Below, piece after piece: positions 1-10,557 of a stretch of 64,000 nt of DNA; position 1 is the stretch's first letter, and each line of letters starts with the position of its first letter. Source of the DNA: Candidatus Cloacimonadales bacterium. GTDB lineage: Bacteria > Cloacimonadota > Cloacimonadia > Cloacimonadales > JAIOQZ01. The stretch is from positions 3,744,001-3,808,000 of the forward strand of contig OY771587.1 of assembly GCA_963674825.1 (NCBI GenBank), given 5' to 3'. A model generated the notes under the pieces. It had not been told where the DNA came from, made no database searches, and was given only the letters and a program-made list of their open reading frames with translations. Made by a program: the position numbers and the translations under genes.

Positions 1-955
1 ACAGCCGCAGATACGAATCAGTGATCAGCTCGGATTGGATTGTCGGCATAATCCAAGTTGGTGATTTCCCGTCATTCGTTCCCCTATCGGTCGGATCGTG
101 TAAGGTCATATCCTCGTATTCATTGGGATTGATAACCAGATTACTACCACTGAGAGGAAAGAAAACCCGTTTATCCATTCTTATTCCAGCAAAAATCACA
201 ATAATCACGACGATATACAGCGCAAAGATCATCAGGAATCGCTTGCGTGACAATGTCCTGATAATGGCGCTATAAATACGGTGGGAAAGGAATCCCAGCG
301 TTATGAAGCCAACCCAACGCGACAATAGATTATATGAACGGGCAAACCATTTTGCTTTGATTCCCGAGATTACGCCGACAGAAAGAAAATCTATCAGCTT
401 CAATATGCCGACGGCCGTGTAAATCAACAGAATAACCAGTACCAGCACGCGGTATGGTATTAGCATGAATGAAGGAACCGATTTCCCAGCAATAACCGTA
501 ATGAACGACCAAGTGATCATATAGATTCCGGTAGAGATTGTGACGAACACGATCAGGAAAGTCAGCGCGAAAATGATGCTGCATGTGTCATCAAGCTTTC
601 GGATGTTCCTGAGAAGTTTGCGTTCACGTTTTCGATCCTTACGGCTATGGATTGACGAATCAAGCCCGATCAGTCCGATCCAGTATCCACGGAGGATCAA
701 AAGCAGAATCAAATTGAGGATGACCACTTTGACGCTGGTGTCGAGCATCCGCCAGATAACACCGATTGAGTTTCGAGCAAAGCTAGAGATGATCTGCAAT
801 CCAACAAAGGTTTTCAGGTTGATCAGTAAATCCGGTATCTGGAAAAGGCCGAACAGAACAAAGCCAGTGATGAGCAGTTCCATTTCCCAGCTATTGTTAC
901 GCAGGTGTTCCAGCCAGTTTCTTTTTGTGTTTGAGTCGTTTTCGTGCAGTCTCAT
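1..955 (-). CDS. Multi-pass membrane protein of unknown function, truncated by the window start (not in ORF track)
   Basis: Manual translation from ATG at 955: MRLHENDSNTKRNWLEHLRNNSWEMELLITGFVLFGLFQIPDLL..., followed by hydrophobic segments. Appears open to the window edge. Divergent from mfd. Confidence 0.75.
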   Translation of the reverse strand, partial: MRLHENDSNTKRNWLEHLRNNSWEMELLITGFVLFGLFQIPDLLINLKTFVGLQIISSFARNSIGVIWRMLDTSVKVVILNLILLLILRGYWIGLIGLDSSIHSRKDRKRERKLLRNIRKLDDTCSIIFALTFLIVFVTISTGIYMITWSFITVIAGKSVPSFMLIPYRVLVLVILLIYTAVGILKLIDFLSVGVISGIKAKWFARSYNLLSRWVGFITLGFLSHRIYSAIIRTLSRKRFLMIFALYIVVIIVIFAGIRMDKRVFFPLSGSNLVINPNEYEDMTLHDPTDRGTNDGKSPTWIMPTIQSELITDSYLRL

Positions 956-1068
956 TTGATCCCCGCAAGAATTTTCTGAATCATTTATCGTTGAGGTGTC
1001 ATGTCAAGCAAATAAATCTTGCCAAATTCGCCCATCGCTTAGGTTTGGTTCGTAAATCAGAGGGAGCC

Positions 1069-4000
1069 ATGCTGTATCAAAAACTAAAACCATACTTCGA
1101 GCAATCCGAATTCTTCAAAGAGATCGCTAAGCGTCTGGATGAATCGACATCAGGCGACCTGTTCTTCAATCTGAACCACTCGTCTAAAGCCGCGATCATC
1201 GCACACGTGTTTCAGCACACAGGCAAGAGTATTCTCTTTGTCAGCGCGGACGACAAGATGGCCGAGGATTACCTGGACGACTTCCAATTGCTCGTAGGAC
1301 AGGACAACGCATGCTTCCTGCCTGACTTCGAGGTGCTCCCCTACGAAGAGCGGTCACCCCACTACACCATCCGGGCTCAGCGTATCGAGACCCTCTCGCG
1401 CGCTGTATCCAGCAAGCCGCAGATATTCAGCCTTCCCATCCGGTCACTGCTACGAAAGATAACCTCACGCAAGATTTTCGAGAGCAATCTCATCCACCTG
1501 GAGCAAGGCAGCGAATACAAGCCGGATCAATTAATATCCAAGCTCGTAGGACTCGGTTACAGCAACGAATATCAGGTATCACGCGTGGGTGAGCTGGCTC
1601 GTCGCGGTGGAATCATCGATATCTTCAGCCCAAACCTGATGCATCCGGTGCGTGTAGAATATTTTGGCGATGAAATCGATTCAATCCGCGAATTCAACGT
1701 AACAACACAACGCTCTATTGGCACGGAGCTCAAGGAAATAACGCTCATCCCATCGCGAGAATTTTCCATACACGATATCGAAGCAGACGAAAAGCTTTGG
1801 GAACGCATCCATTCCGATGGCTTTTACGAAGGAATCGAGCTCGATGTTCCGCTGCTTCTTCCGGAACTACAAACATTCAGTGATTATTTCAACATAGACG
1901 ACATCATTCTGTTTTTCGATGAATACCAGTTTTTCCATACTTATCTTGCCGAGATCACGGATGAAACCAACGACCTCTGGGCCAAGACGCGACAGAAACA
2001 AAAACGTCGAATCATTCCTGATCCCGATCAACTCTTTGCGGACGACAAGTTCATCAAGAAATTGATGAAGACTCATCAGCACTACTTCGTCTCGGCTTCA
2101 TACCAGACCTTCGACGCGGCCAAGACAACGCTTGAAGCGCCCATTATCTCACAGACCAACATGCACTCCGACTTGAACCTTTTAGAGCAGAGCCTGCACC
2201 AAAAGTTGAACGACGGCTACAAGATCATCATCCAGTCGGACAACCGCAGCCAGAGCAAGCGTATGCGCGATCTACTGCCTAATTACGAGGAGCGGATCGA
2301 ATTCATCATCGGCGTGTTTCACCGTGGCTGGAACCTGCAAGATGCCAAACTGGCGATCTTCACCGACCACGAGATCTTCAGTCGCTACAAACGCAAAAAG
2401 CATTTCACGCGGTTCTCCCGCGAAGAAGCACTGGTTGATTACGAGGCCATGAAGCCCGGTGATTTCATCGTGCATATCGACTACGGAATCGGCTCCTACC
2501 TGGGCCTGAAGAAGGTCCGCGTGGAAGGCAACGAGATCGAATGTCTCACCATTGCCTACGCTGGTAATGACACCGTTTATGTCCCCACCTATCAGCTCGA
2601 TCTGGTATCGCGCTATGTTTCGGAAGAAGGGTTTGTCCCGCAGATCCACAAGCTTGGCTCCAAGAAGTGGGAAAACACGCGATCCAAGGCCAGGAAGCAG
2701 ATCGAGCTCGTCGTCGAAGACCTCGTCAAACTCTACGCCGAACGACGCCTTCGCAAGGGCATCGCATTCGATGCAGACAACGAGTGGCAGAAGGAGATGG
2801 AGGACGCCTTTATCTACGAAGACACGCCTGATCAACGCAAATCGACAGAGGATATCAAGAAGGACATGGAATCCGATGCGCCCATGGAGCGATTACTCTG
2901 CGGCGACGTGGGATTCGGCAAGACAGAAGTGGCTATTCGCGCGGCATTCAAGGCCGTTGTCAGTGGCTATCAGGTGGCGGTGCTGGTTCCAACCACGCTG
3001 CTGGCCGAACAGCATTACCACGTATTCAAGGAGCGCTTGGCACAGTATCCGGTGCATGTCGCCATGCTCAGTCGTTTCCGCACACCGGCCAACGTCAAGA
3101 AGGATATCCTCAAAATGCGCGAAGGCAAGGTGGATATCGTCATCGGCACGCACAGGCTGCTTTCGGAGGACGTGAAGTTCAAGCGGCTCGGACTTCTGAT
3201 CGTCGATGAGGAGCACCGTTTCGGCGTGAAGCACAAAGAGAAGCTCCGGAAGCTGAAGGCGAACGTCGATACGCTCTATATGTCCGCGACGCCCATCCCT
3301 CGCACCATGAATATGGCGCTCTCAAAGCTCAAGGAGATGTCTCTCATCCAGACATCACCTAAAGCGCGGCTTCCCGTTCGAACCATCATTGTCCCCTTTG
3401 ACGAAGAGATCATCAAGGACGCTATCAACCGCGAGATCGACCGTGGCGGACAGGTTTTCTTCGTGCATAATCGCGTTCAGACTATCGACAGCATGGCTAC
3501 CGATCTCAAGAAGCTCATGCCACAGGTTCGATTCAAGGTAGCACACGGCCAGATGCCGGAGAAACAGCTTGAAGCGGTCATGCTCGAGTTCGCGCATCAC
3601 CAGTTTGACGTCCTCATCGCATCGACCATCATCGAATCGGGTATCGATATCCCCAACGCCAATACCATGATCGTCAATCGTGCCGATATGTTCGGCCTGG
3701 CACAGCTCTATCAGATTCGCGGACGCGTTGGACGAAGCAACCGACGCGCCTACGCCTATCTAATGATCCCGCGCAAGTTAACAGAAGATTCCCGCAGAAG
3801 GCTGGAAACCCTCACCGAGTACGATTATCTCGGAGCTGGCTACCAGATCGCCATGCGCGATCTCGAATTGCGCGGCGCTGGTACACTGCTTGGAACAAAG
3901 CAGAGCGGCGTGATCAACTCCATCGGTTTTAATTACTATAACAGACTGCTGGAGCAGGCTGTTGAGAACATGGAGAAGGAAAATCCGGCAGGACTCTGGG

Positions 4001-4470
4001 ACGACGACCAACCCCAGGAAGAGACGCGCATCCGACTTGAAGCGGATTTCTATTTCCCATCCGACTACATCGCGAACGAAGAAGTACGTCTCCAAGTTTA
4101 TCGTCGCATGCAGAAGTTCGACAAACCAGAGGAATTCGATTCACTCTCGGAAGAGCTCAAAGATCGCTTCGGCGAGCTTCCCAAGCCGGCCATTCGTGCC
4201 TTGCGTTTCTACAGGCTGCGGCTCATGGCGAAGCATTGCGGACTCAGCACGCTTCATTTCAAGCGAGATGATATCGTACTGGAATTCGACCAGAAGCGCC
4301 TCCCGGCCCGTGATAAAATCGCGCGAGTCGTATCCGAATTCAAGTTCCCAGTTCGCTTTGATACTACCGGCGGACTGAAGATATTCTTCACTGTTCAGAC
4401 TGAGCCAGATTACCGCCAGGAGCAGCAGACGGAAATCGCAGAAAACATCCTGAAGTTCTTCGCGGGATGA
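1069..4470 (+). CDS. mfd: Transcription-repair coupling factor
   Basis: UvrB-like N-terminus (RRGGIIDIF), RID (VHIDYGIGSY), SF2 motifs GDVGFGKTEVA, DEEH, SATPIPRT and QIRGRVGRS, TRG motif RDLELRGAG. Start moved to ATG 1069, which follows a GAGGGAG RBS. Confidence 0.97.
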   Translation: MLYQKLKPYFEQSEFFKEIAKRLDESTSGDLFFNLNHSSKAAIIAHVFQHTGKSILFVSADDKMAEDYLDDFQLLVGQDNACFLPDFEVLPYEERSPHYTIRAQRIETLSRAVSSKPQIFSLPIRSLLRKITSRKIFESNLIHLEQGSEYKPDQLISKLVGLGYSNEYQVSRVGELARRGGIIDIFSPNLMHPVRVEYFGDEIDSIREFNVTTQRSIGTELKEITLIPSREFSIHDIEADEKLWERIHSDGFYEGIELDVPLLLPELQTFSDYFNIDDIILFFDEYQFFHTYLAEITDETNDLWAKTRQKQKRRIIPDPDQLFADDKFIKKLMKTHQHYFVSASYQTFDAAKTTLEAPIISQTNMHSDLNLLEQSLHQKLNDGYKIIIQSDNRSQSKRMRDLLPNYEERIEFIIGVFHRGWNLQDAKLAIFTDHEIFSRYKRKKHFTRFSREEALVDYEAMKPGDFIVHIDYGIGSYLGLKKVRVEGNEIECLTIAYAGNDTVYVPTYQLDLVSRYVSEEGFVPQIHKLGSKKWENTRSKARKQIELVVEDLVKLYAERRLRKGIAFDADNEWQKEMEDAFIYEDTPDQRKSTEDIKKDMESDAPMERLLCGDVGFGKTEVAIRAAFKAVVSGYQVAVLVPTTLLAEQHYHVFKERLAQYPVHVAMLSRFRTPANVKKDILKMREGKVDIVIGTHRLLSEDVKFKRLGLLIVDEEHRFGVKHKEKLRKLKANVDTLYMSATPIPRTMNMALSKLKEMSLIQTSPKARLPVRTIIVPFDEEIIKDAINREIDRGGQVFFVHNRVQTIDSMATDLKKLMPQVRFKVAHGQMPEKQLEAVMLEFAHHQFDVLIASTIIESGIDIPNANTMIVNRADMFGLAQLYQIRGRVGRSNRRAYAYLMIPRKLTEDSRRRLETLTEYDYLGAGYQIAMRDLELRGAGTLLGTKQSGVINSIGFNYYNRLLEQAVENMEKENPAGLWDDDQPQEETRIRLEADFYFPSDYIANEEVRLQVYRRMQKFDKPEEFDSLSEELKDRFGELPKPAIRALRFYRLRLMAKHCGLSTLHFKRDDIVLEFDQKRLPARDKIARVVSEFKFPVRFDTTGGLKIFFTVQTEPDYRQEQQTEIAENILKFFAG

Positions 4471-4588
4471 TCAGCATTACCTGAATTCTGATTCAGCAGT
4501 TGCTTGGCGATCTGCCTGACTAATATTTCTTTGGCAAATCCTCGCGCTATCTTTACATTGTTTTTATACAATACAAGCTGGAGGATCT

Positions 4589-5524
4589 ATGAAACCCATT
4601 CACATTCTATTGTTTGTTGCGATTATATTGTCGCCAATCATGCTTTCAGCGCAGAAAATCGGCGTCATGTGGTATACAAAATCATCGATGTCCGATCGCG
4701 TTTATAAGGGCTTCTCTGAGCATTTTGCCAAGCTTGCCCCAAACGTGGACATTGAAAAGCATCCAGCACTCACGACGTTGGATGAAGTCGATAAGATTTA
4801 TAAACAGTTCAGCGGGGAGAAAGACGCAATTATATTCCTGCGGTCGCACGGTGCAGACTATTTGCAAGACCACCCTATTTCGATACCAGGCTTTATAGGC
4901 GCAGCTAATGATCCGGTTCAATTGGGTATCGTACCGGCCATCGATACCCCTCCAGGCAAGAACATCACAGGCGTTACCTATTTTCTACCGCATGAATTGC
5001 AGATGAAAGTATTCTCTACTATGATTCCCAACATCAAGAAGATCGGTCTGATGCTGGAAGAAGGACATCCGGGAACGCCAATTGACCGTGCAAACACCCA
5101 GGCTGCATGCAAAAAATACGGGATCGAATACCATGAATCGGTATGCAAGACCGAAGACCAGCTTGCCGGTGGCGTGAAAAAGCTCCTTGATCAAGGTGTC
5201 GATCTAATCATCATCGCCAACCCGAATCTGGTTACGGATAACACTGGCATCATCATCGAAGCGGCAGGGACAACACCCGTTGTTTCGTATGCTGAAACAT
5301 CGATTCGTAAAGGTGCACTTGGCGGACTCGTACCCAGTGACGAGAAGCTGGGTATGCTGCTTGCAAACGCGGTTTTCAAGGTGGTAGTTGAGAAAGTTCC
5401 GATCACAGATGTACCAATCCAGTACGACCAAGAGCCGAATCTGCTAATCAACAAGGAAGCACTCAAGCGGTACCATATCGAAGTGCCTCTGGATCTCCTA
5501 AAAACCACGAAGTTCGTCGAATAA
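4589..5524 (+). CDS. ABC transporter substrate-binding protein (ABC_sub_bind type)
   Basis: Signal peptide; DPVQLG..., NITGV and LLINKEALKRYHIEVP motifs typical of the family; GGAGG RBS. Confidence 0.8.
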   Translation: MKPIHILLFVAIILSPIMLSAQKIGVMWYTKSSMSDRVYKGFSEHFAKLAPNVDIEKHPALTTLDEVDKIYKQFSGEKDAIIFLRSHGADYLQDHPISIPGFIGAANDPVQLGIVPAIDTPPGKNITGVTYFLPHELQMKVFSTMIPNIKKIGLMLEEGHPGTPIDRANTQAACKKYGIEYHESVCKTEDQLAGGVKKLLDQGVDLIIIANPNLVTDNTGIIIEAAGTTPVVSYAETSIRKGALGGLVPSDEKLGMLLANAVFKVVVEKVPITDVPIQYDQEPNLLINKEALKRYHIEVPLDLLKTTKFVE

Positions 5525-5551
5525 TTGGCTATTACCTTTCATACATACAAG

Positions 5552-5587
5552 AACAGGATATCCTCTCAATGGGTATCCTGTTTTTTT
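5552..5587 (+). terminator. Rho-independent terminator
   Basis: AACAGGATATCC-TCTCAAT-GGGTATCCTGTT stem followed by a T run. Confidence 0.8.
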
Positions 5588-5707
5588 ACCAAAACGTGAA
5601 GAAATACACGATCGGAAATACATTCAGACATTTATCTCATGCCTGAAATCTTGACAACCATTCACGTTCCATAAATCTGGTGTAAATGCAGAATCAAGGG
5701 GTATCGT

Positions 5708-6364
5708 TTGAAAAGGTTTTCGTTGATTGTTTTGGTCTTAATGATCGTCAGCGCTACGCTTGCAGTTGAAAAACCATCACTGGCAAGGCTGCATTACGAC
5801 GGTGGCGGAGACTGGTACAACAACCCGGATATCCTCACCAATCTGATTGAATTCACAAACCGAACGCTCGGCACCGATTTCGCCGTCGATCAGGCAGTTG
5901 TGAAGCCGGACGATCCCAAGATCTTCGACTACCCGTTTCTCTTCATGACAGGGCACGGTAACATCGCTTTCTCGAACAAGGATATCGACAACCTCCGAAA
6001 GTACCTCGAACGTGGTGGATTCCTCTATGCCGACGACGACTATGGCATGGACGAATCGTTCAGGCGCGAGATCAAGAAGCTACTGCCTGATCTCGAGATG
6101 GTCGAACTCCCGGCGAACCACGAGATTTTTCACAGCTACTTCGATTTTCCGAAGGGCCTGCCCAAGACGCATGAACACGACGCACACAGACCGCAGGCTT
6201 ATGCCATCTTCGATTCCACCGGCCGCATGCTGGTATTCTACACCTACGAATCGAACATCAGCGATGGCTGGGCCGGACCACAGGTTCACCACGATCCGCC
6301 AGAAGTGCGCGAGACCGCACTCAAGATGGGCGTCAACTTACTCTATTATCTTCTGGCGGGATAA
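5708..6364 (+). CDS. DUF4159 domain protein
   Basis: Signal peptide; GGGDWY, YPFLFMTGHG, GGFLYADD, PKTHEHD and DGW motifs. Confidence 0.85.
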   Translation: MKRFSLIVLVLMIVSATLAVEKPSLARLHYDGGGDWYNNPDILTNLIEFTNRTLGTDFAVDQAVVKPDDPKIFDYPFLFMTGHGNIAFSNKDIDNLRKYLERGGFLYADDDYGMDESFRREIKKLLPDLEMVELPANHEIFHSYFDFPKGLPKTHEHDAHRPQAYAIFDSTGRMLVFYTYESNISDGWAGPQVHHDPPEVRETALKMGVNLLYYLLAG

Positions 6365-6365
6365 C

Positions 6366-7103
6366 ATGCGCGTCTATATTATATCTGATCTTCACCTTGG
6401 CTTCGACGACAGTCAGTTCGCTCACGCTCAGATGCACAAGGCATTCAACTTCATCGAGAGCATTCGGGGAAAAGCAGACATGCTCATCATGAACGGCGAT
6501 ATCTTTGATTTCTGGATGGAGTGGCGCAGCACCATCATCAAGAGCTACTTCCCCATCCTCAAAGCGCTTGCAGATTTGCAGGAGACCGGATGCCGGCTCG
6601 TTTTCATCGCTGGTAACCACGACTTCTGGTTCCGTGATTTCCTACCGAAACAGATTGGCATCGAACTCTATCAAGATAGCTTCGTAGAAACGATAGACGG
6701 TAAGAAGATCTTCGTCGCGCATGGCGACAATTACACCGCTAGCGATTTCCGCTACCATTTTTACCGCTCCATTATCCGTTTCCCACTGATGAAGCACATC
6801 GCCAGCATGTTCCATCCCGATTTCGCATTGTGGCTGGTCAAGAGGATTTCACGCTCCAGTCGGCGCATCGATCGTTCCGAAGAGCATGTCGAACGTATGG
6901 AAACCAACGGGCTGGTGAAGTCAGCCAGGAAAATTCTGCAACAACACGATATCGTCTTTTTTGCTCATTCTCACAATCCGCGTGTTATAAATCTGGAAAA
7001 CGGCGTTTATGCTAATAGCGGTGATTGGTTAAATAACAACAGCTACCTCACGCTCATCGAAGGCGAGGTTGAATTAAATTTCTGGAAGGAGGATACAACT
7101 TGA
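6366..7103 (+). CDS. lpxH: UDP-2,3-diacylglucosamine diphosphatase-like metallophosphoesterase (LpxH family)
   Basis: ISDLHLG, GDIFDFW, GNHD, HGD, HSH and NSGDW motifs. True start is ATG 6366; the ORF-track extension overlaps the upstream gene. Confidence 0.8.
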   Translation: MRVYIISDLHLGFDDSQFAHAQMHKAFNFIESIRGKADMLIMNGDIFDFWMEWRSTIIKSYFPILKALADLQETGCRLVFIAGNHDFWFRDFLPKQIGIELYQDSFVETIDGKKIFVAHGDNYTASDFRYHFYRSIIRFPLMKHIASMFHPDFALWLVKRISRSSRRIDRSEEHVERMETNGLVKSARKILQQHDIVFFAHSHNPRVINLENGVYANSGDWLNNNSYLTLIEGEVELNFWKEDTT

Positions 7104-7882
7104 AACATCTGATTATCTTGCTGGCAGTCTTGAGTCTGTTCGGCGTACTAAAAGGAGAAAACACCGTGATTATCATGAAAACCAACTACGGCGATATGGA
7201 GATCGAACTCTGGAACGACGACGCTCCCAAGACCGTTGCTAACTTTATCGGCCTTGCCACTGGAACCAAAGAGTGGACCGACCCCAAGACAGGCGAAAAG
7301 GTCAAGAAACCCTTCTATAATGGGCTTACATTCCACCGCGTTATCAAAGACTTCATGATCCAGGGCGGATGTCCGCTCGGTACAGGAAGCGGCGGCCCGG
7401 GATATCGCTTTGAAGACGAATTCCCCACAACCGACCTTACAGGCGAGATAACCAACGAAGGCGACGCGCTTCAGGTTTACCTTCAGCTCATGGGACCGTA
7501 CATGGCAAAGACCAAGACTCCCGACCCGGAAATTCTTGCGATTGCCGAGCAAACTCAGAAGCTTCAAAACGGCTCAGCCATTATGAAACACCCGGTTGAA
7601 TGGTATCAGGAAAAGACCGGTATCACCGAACCGGTTCAAATCATGAAGCACACCGTCGATTACGGTACAATCTGTATGGCGAACTCTGGCCCGAACACCA
7701 ATGGCTCACAGTTTTTCATTGTCACGCTGAAAGACGGCTGCCCCTGGCTTAACGGCAAGCACACCGTGTTCGGTAAGGTCATCAAGGGTATGGATATCGC
7801 TCACAAGATCGAAAATGTAGAAAAAGCTCCTGGCGATAAGCCAGTCAAACCTGTGGTCATCGAGGAAATCGTCATAAAATGA
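7100..7882 (+). CDS. Exported cyclophilin-type peptidyl-prolyl isomerase
   Basis: APKTVANF, FHRVIKDFMIQGGCP, MANSGPNTNGSQFFI and HTVFGKV motifs; signal peptide. Confidence 0.93.
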   Translation: MKHLIILLAVLSLFGVLKGENTVIIMKTNYGDMEIELWNDDAPKTVANFIGLATGTKEWTDPKTGEKVKKPFYNGLTFHRVIKDFMIQGGCPLGTGSGGPGYRFEDEFPTTDLTGEITNEGDALQVYLQLMGPYMAKTKTPDPEILAIAEQTQKLQNGSAIMKHPVEWYQEKTGITEPVQIMKHTVDYGTICMANSGPNTNGSQFFIVTLKDGCPWLNGKHTVFGKVIKGMDIAHKIENVEKAPGDKPVKPVVIEEIVIK

Positions 7883-8472
7883 GACGCCTCTTCCCCACAC
7901 TGATATTTCTGATCGCAGTCTGTACCAACGTGCAGGCTGCGATTCTTGATTTCGTCTGCAATGGCGATACCATTTCCATCGAGTTGAACGCTCCGTTGCC
8001 CGACACTTTATCCTCAAAAGCATATCTGAACTTGGTAAACGAAGGCTATATCGTAATTAACATGGGGGATCGCCCCAGCAATACCGATCCCTATATCCTC
8101 GAGTTTGGTACTCCGATTCATCTTGATGTCGATCCAGATTCGCTGGGACTCGATTCGCTTCTGGTAAGGGACAGCAACTATCGTTTGCTACTTCGGAGCG
8201 ACGATCCCCGTCAGGGCATCTCGGTGAAAGACCTCCTGACGGAGCTGAACTATACCTACCAGGATAGCGTTGCGTCATCACCCATCGAATACGGCAGCTT
8301 CGTATATATTCCGCTCGCGCTCGATCACTATTTCATCGTAACCATTTCCGATGGCGCAGGCTGGCTCGATGGAAGAGCCGTTTGCCTCGGCAAGGTGATC
8401 AAGGGCCTGGATATCCTGCAAAGACACCAGGTTGAATCACTGCCAATCGATGCGCTGAATATCCGCGAATAG
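7879..8472 (+). CDS. Divergent cyclophilin-like exported protein, probably non-catalytic
   Basis: C-terminus DGAGWLDGRAVCLGKVIKGLDI matches DGCPWLNGKHTVFGKVIKGMDI of the upstream gene. FHRV/MANxG motifs are missing. Confidence 0.6.
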   Translation: MRRLFPTLIFLIAVCTNVQAAILDFVCNGDTISIELNAPLPDTLSSKAYLNLVNEGYIVINMGDRPSNTDPYILEFGTPIHLDVDPDSLGLDSLLVRDSNYRLLLRSDDPRQGISVKDLLTELNYTYQDSVASSPIEYGSFVYIPLALDHYFIVTISDGAGWLDGRAVCLGKVIKGLDILQRHQVESLPIDALNIRE

Positions 8473-8605
8473 TACATTTATTACAGCTTGCTCATTATTC
8501 GAAATCCATACAATTTTACTTTCGGCTTGACACGCTATCGGTCAAAATGACTAATTTGCGTAATAAACAGCACATGCAGTTTAACTCCCATCGAAAATTC
8601 AAGGG

Positions 8606-10495
8606 GTGAAAACAATGGGTGAACACGCAATGTCGCTGGAAATAATGAAGATGCAGATCCTCGAGGTCGGCTTGTTGATTCTTGCTGCTTATGTCGGTGG
8701 CAAGATCGCCCGTAAGCTTAAAATCGGAGAAGTGATCGGTCAGATTCTCGGCGGTATCCTTGTCGGGCCGCACTTTCTGGAGCTGATCCACCGATTCCTG
8801 CAACACCACGAGGAATTACGAAGCATCATCTTTTTCCAGCCAATCTACCACTTCTACACAAAGGGTGGATTTGATCAATATTACGATATTCTGGAAGGCT
8901 ATCATTTCTTCGTCTTCCTGTTTCTGGGGATCATCGCCTTTTCTATCGGCGAAGAGCTTCATCGAGACCGTTTGAAGCAAGTTGGTATTAAAGCGACGCT
9001 GATATGTATCATTCAGGGATTGCTTACATTCGTTCTTCTTACGCTTGGGTTCAGATTTCTGTTTCCATCCTACTTTAACTGGGTACACGCCTGTATCATT
9101 GGTTCTATCGGTATCGCGACCGCACCAGCGCTCACGTTCGTACTGATGAACAAGCTGCGCATTGAAGGCTCTCTTCGTAATATCCTTGCCAATATCGTTG
9201 TATTGGACGACATCCTCGAGGTGATTTTCTTCTCTATCTTCCTGGGTATCGCCATGAAACACGGCAAAGAGCTCTCCGTTCTGAAGCTTACATGGCACGT
9301 TGTCAGTGAACTCGTCCTGGCCGCATTGATCGGTGTGGCGATCTTCTTTGTCCTGAATCTCACCATTCGCCAGAAGAAGACGGACAGCGACAGCCATCAC
9401 CATCACCATGATAAAGATCGCACCTTCCTCTCGACCGTCCTCTCCGAGCATCCCACACCTTCTGTGGAAATTCTGCTTATTATGATCGGTATCATTTCGG
9501 TGGGTATCGCAGTCGCGATCCACTTCGATCTACCGTTCCTGATTACCGCGGTTGTGGCTGGTTTTCTTATCTCGAACTTCCATTCTCACGCGATCTTCGA
9601 TTCGCTTAAAATCGAAAACGTGATGCCAATATTCAATCTCTTATTCTTCGCAATCATCGGCGCAAGTGTGCGCCTGGAAAGCTTCTCATCCAAGACAATC
9701 CTGTTGGTGTTAACCTATCTGGTGCTCCGGACTACGGGTAAACTCTTCGGTAACTGGTTTGGCGCAAAGATCACCAAACAGGATCCGAAAATCACCGCAA
9801 GCCTTCCCAAGCTGATGCTGCCGCAGGCTGGTATGGCTGCTGTAGAGACCATCCTTGTTGCAACCGTTCTCGGCCAAAAAGGTGGCGGAACCCTGATATT
9901 CGATGTGATCATCCCGGCTCTTGTCGTATTTGAACTGGGGGGGGCTTGGCTATCGGAGCGAACGCTATTACGCTGGAAACATTGGACGGTTGGAGAAAGG
10001 GAGGCACTCATGGCAAAGAAACGAGAAGCTGGTGATTTCAATCTGCACGACCTCCTTCACGATCGTGTATTTGAAATGATGGCAACCACGCGCGAAGAAG
10101 CAATCTTCGAGCTGGCACAAACGATGGTTCGTAGTGGTATCATCTCCGAGACAGCAATTATTACCAATTCACTGCTGGAACGAGAAAAACTCGCCAGTAC
10201 TGCGATCGGTAACGGCGTCGCATTCCCGCATTGCCGTATCGCGTCGATCGACCGTACCGTGGCAACCTGTGGTATAATCGGGCATCCGGTTGAATGGAAC
10301 GCTCCCGATGGCAAGCCGGTTGATCTGCTCTTCTTGATCCTCACGCCCGAGGAGCACCCCGAGCAGCATCTCAAAGCAATCAAGACCATTGCTACCGCAT
10401 TACGGCAGGATCATTTCAGGGAAAATATCGATAATGCACTCAGGCAACAGAATGTGGAGCAATGGCTGCATAAGCTGGATACGGCGAATGTCTGA
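8606..10495 (+). CDS. Cation:proton antiporter (CPA2/Kef-like) fused to a C-terminal PTS EIIA(Ntr/Fru) domain
   Basis: About 12 hydrophobic helices with ATAPA, VVLDD and LPQAG motifs; C-terminal REKLASTAIGNGVAFPH EIIA signature. Confidence 0.88.
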   Translation: MKTMGEHAMSLEIMKMQILEVGLLILAAYVGGKIARKLKIGEVIGQILGGILVGPHFLELIHRFLQHHEELRSIIFFQPIYHFYTKGGFDQYYDILEGYHFFVFLFLGIIAFSIGEELHRDRLKQVGIKATLICIIQGLLTFVLLTLGFRFLFPSYFNWVHACIIGSIGIATAPALTFVLMNKLRIEGSLRNILANIVVLDDILEVIFFSIFLGIAMKHGKELSVLKLTWHVVSELVLAALIGVAIFFVLNLTIRQKKTDSDSHHHHHDKDRTFLSTVLSEHPTPSVEILLIMIGIISVGIAVAIHFDLPFLITAVVAGFLISNFHSHAIFDSLKIENVMPIFNLLFFAIIGASVRLESFSSKTILLVLTYLVLRTTGKLFGNWFGAKITKQDPKITASLPKLMLPQAGMAAVETILVATVLGQKGGGTLIFDVIIPALVVFELGGAWLSERTLLRWKHWTVGEREALMAKKREAGDFNLHDLLHDRVFEMMATTREEAIFELAQTMVRSGIISETAIITNSLLEREKLASTAIGNGVAFPHCRIASIDRTVATCGIIGHPVEWNAPDGKPVDLLFLILTPEEHPEQHLKAIKTIATALRQDHFRENIDNALRQQNVEQWLHKLDTANV

Positions 10496-10525
10496 TGCAG
10501 ATTAGATAGTGGATAATTATGGAAT

Positions 10526-10552
10526 AAAAGCCCGGTCAAATCCGGGCTTTTT
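10526..10552. terminator. Bidirectional Rho-independent terminator
   Basis: AAAAGCCCGG-TCAAAT-CCGGGCTTTTT between convergent genes. Confidence 0.85.
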
Positions 10553-10557
10553 CATAT

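Noticed and set aside
925..1068. N-terminal extension of mfd in the ORF track
   Set aside because: It overlaps the divergent gene start; the RBS supports ATG 1069.
6012..6365. N-terminal extension of the LpxH-like ORF
   Set aside because: It lies within the DUF4159 gene; the family motif begins right after ATG 6366.
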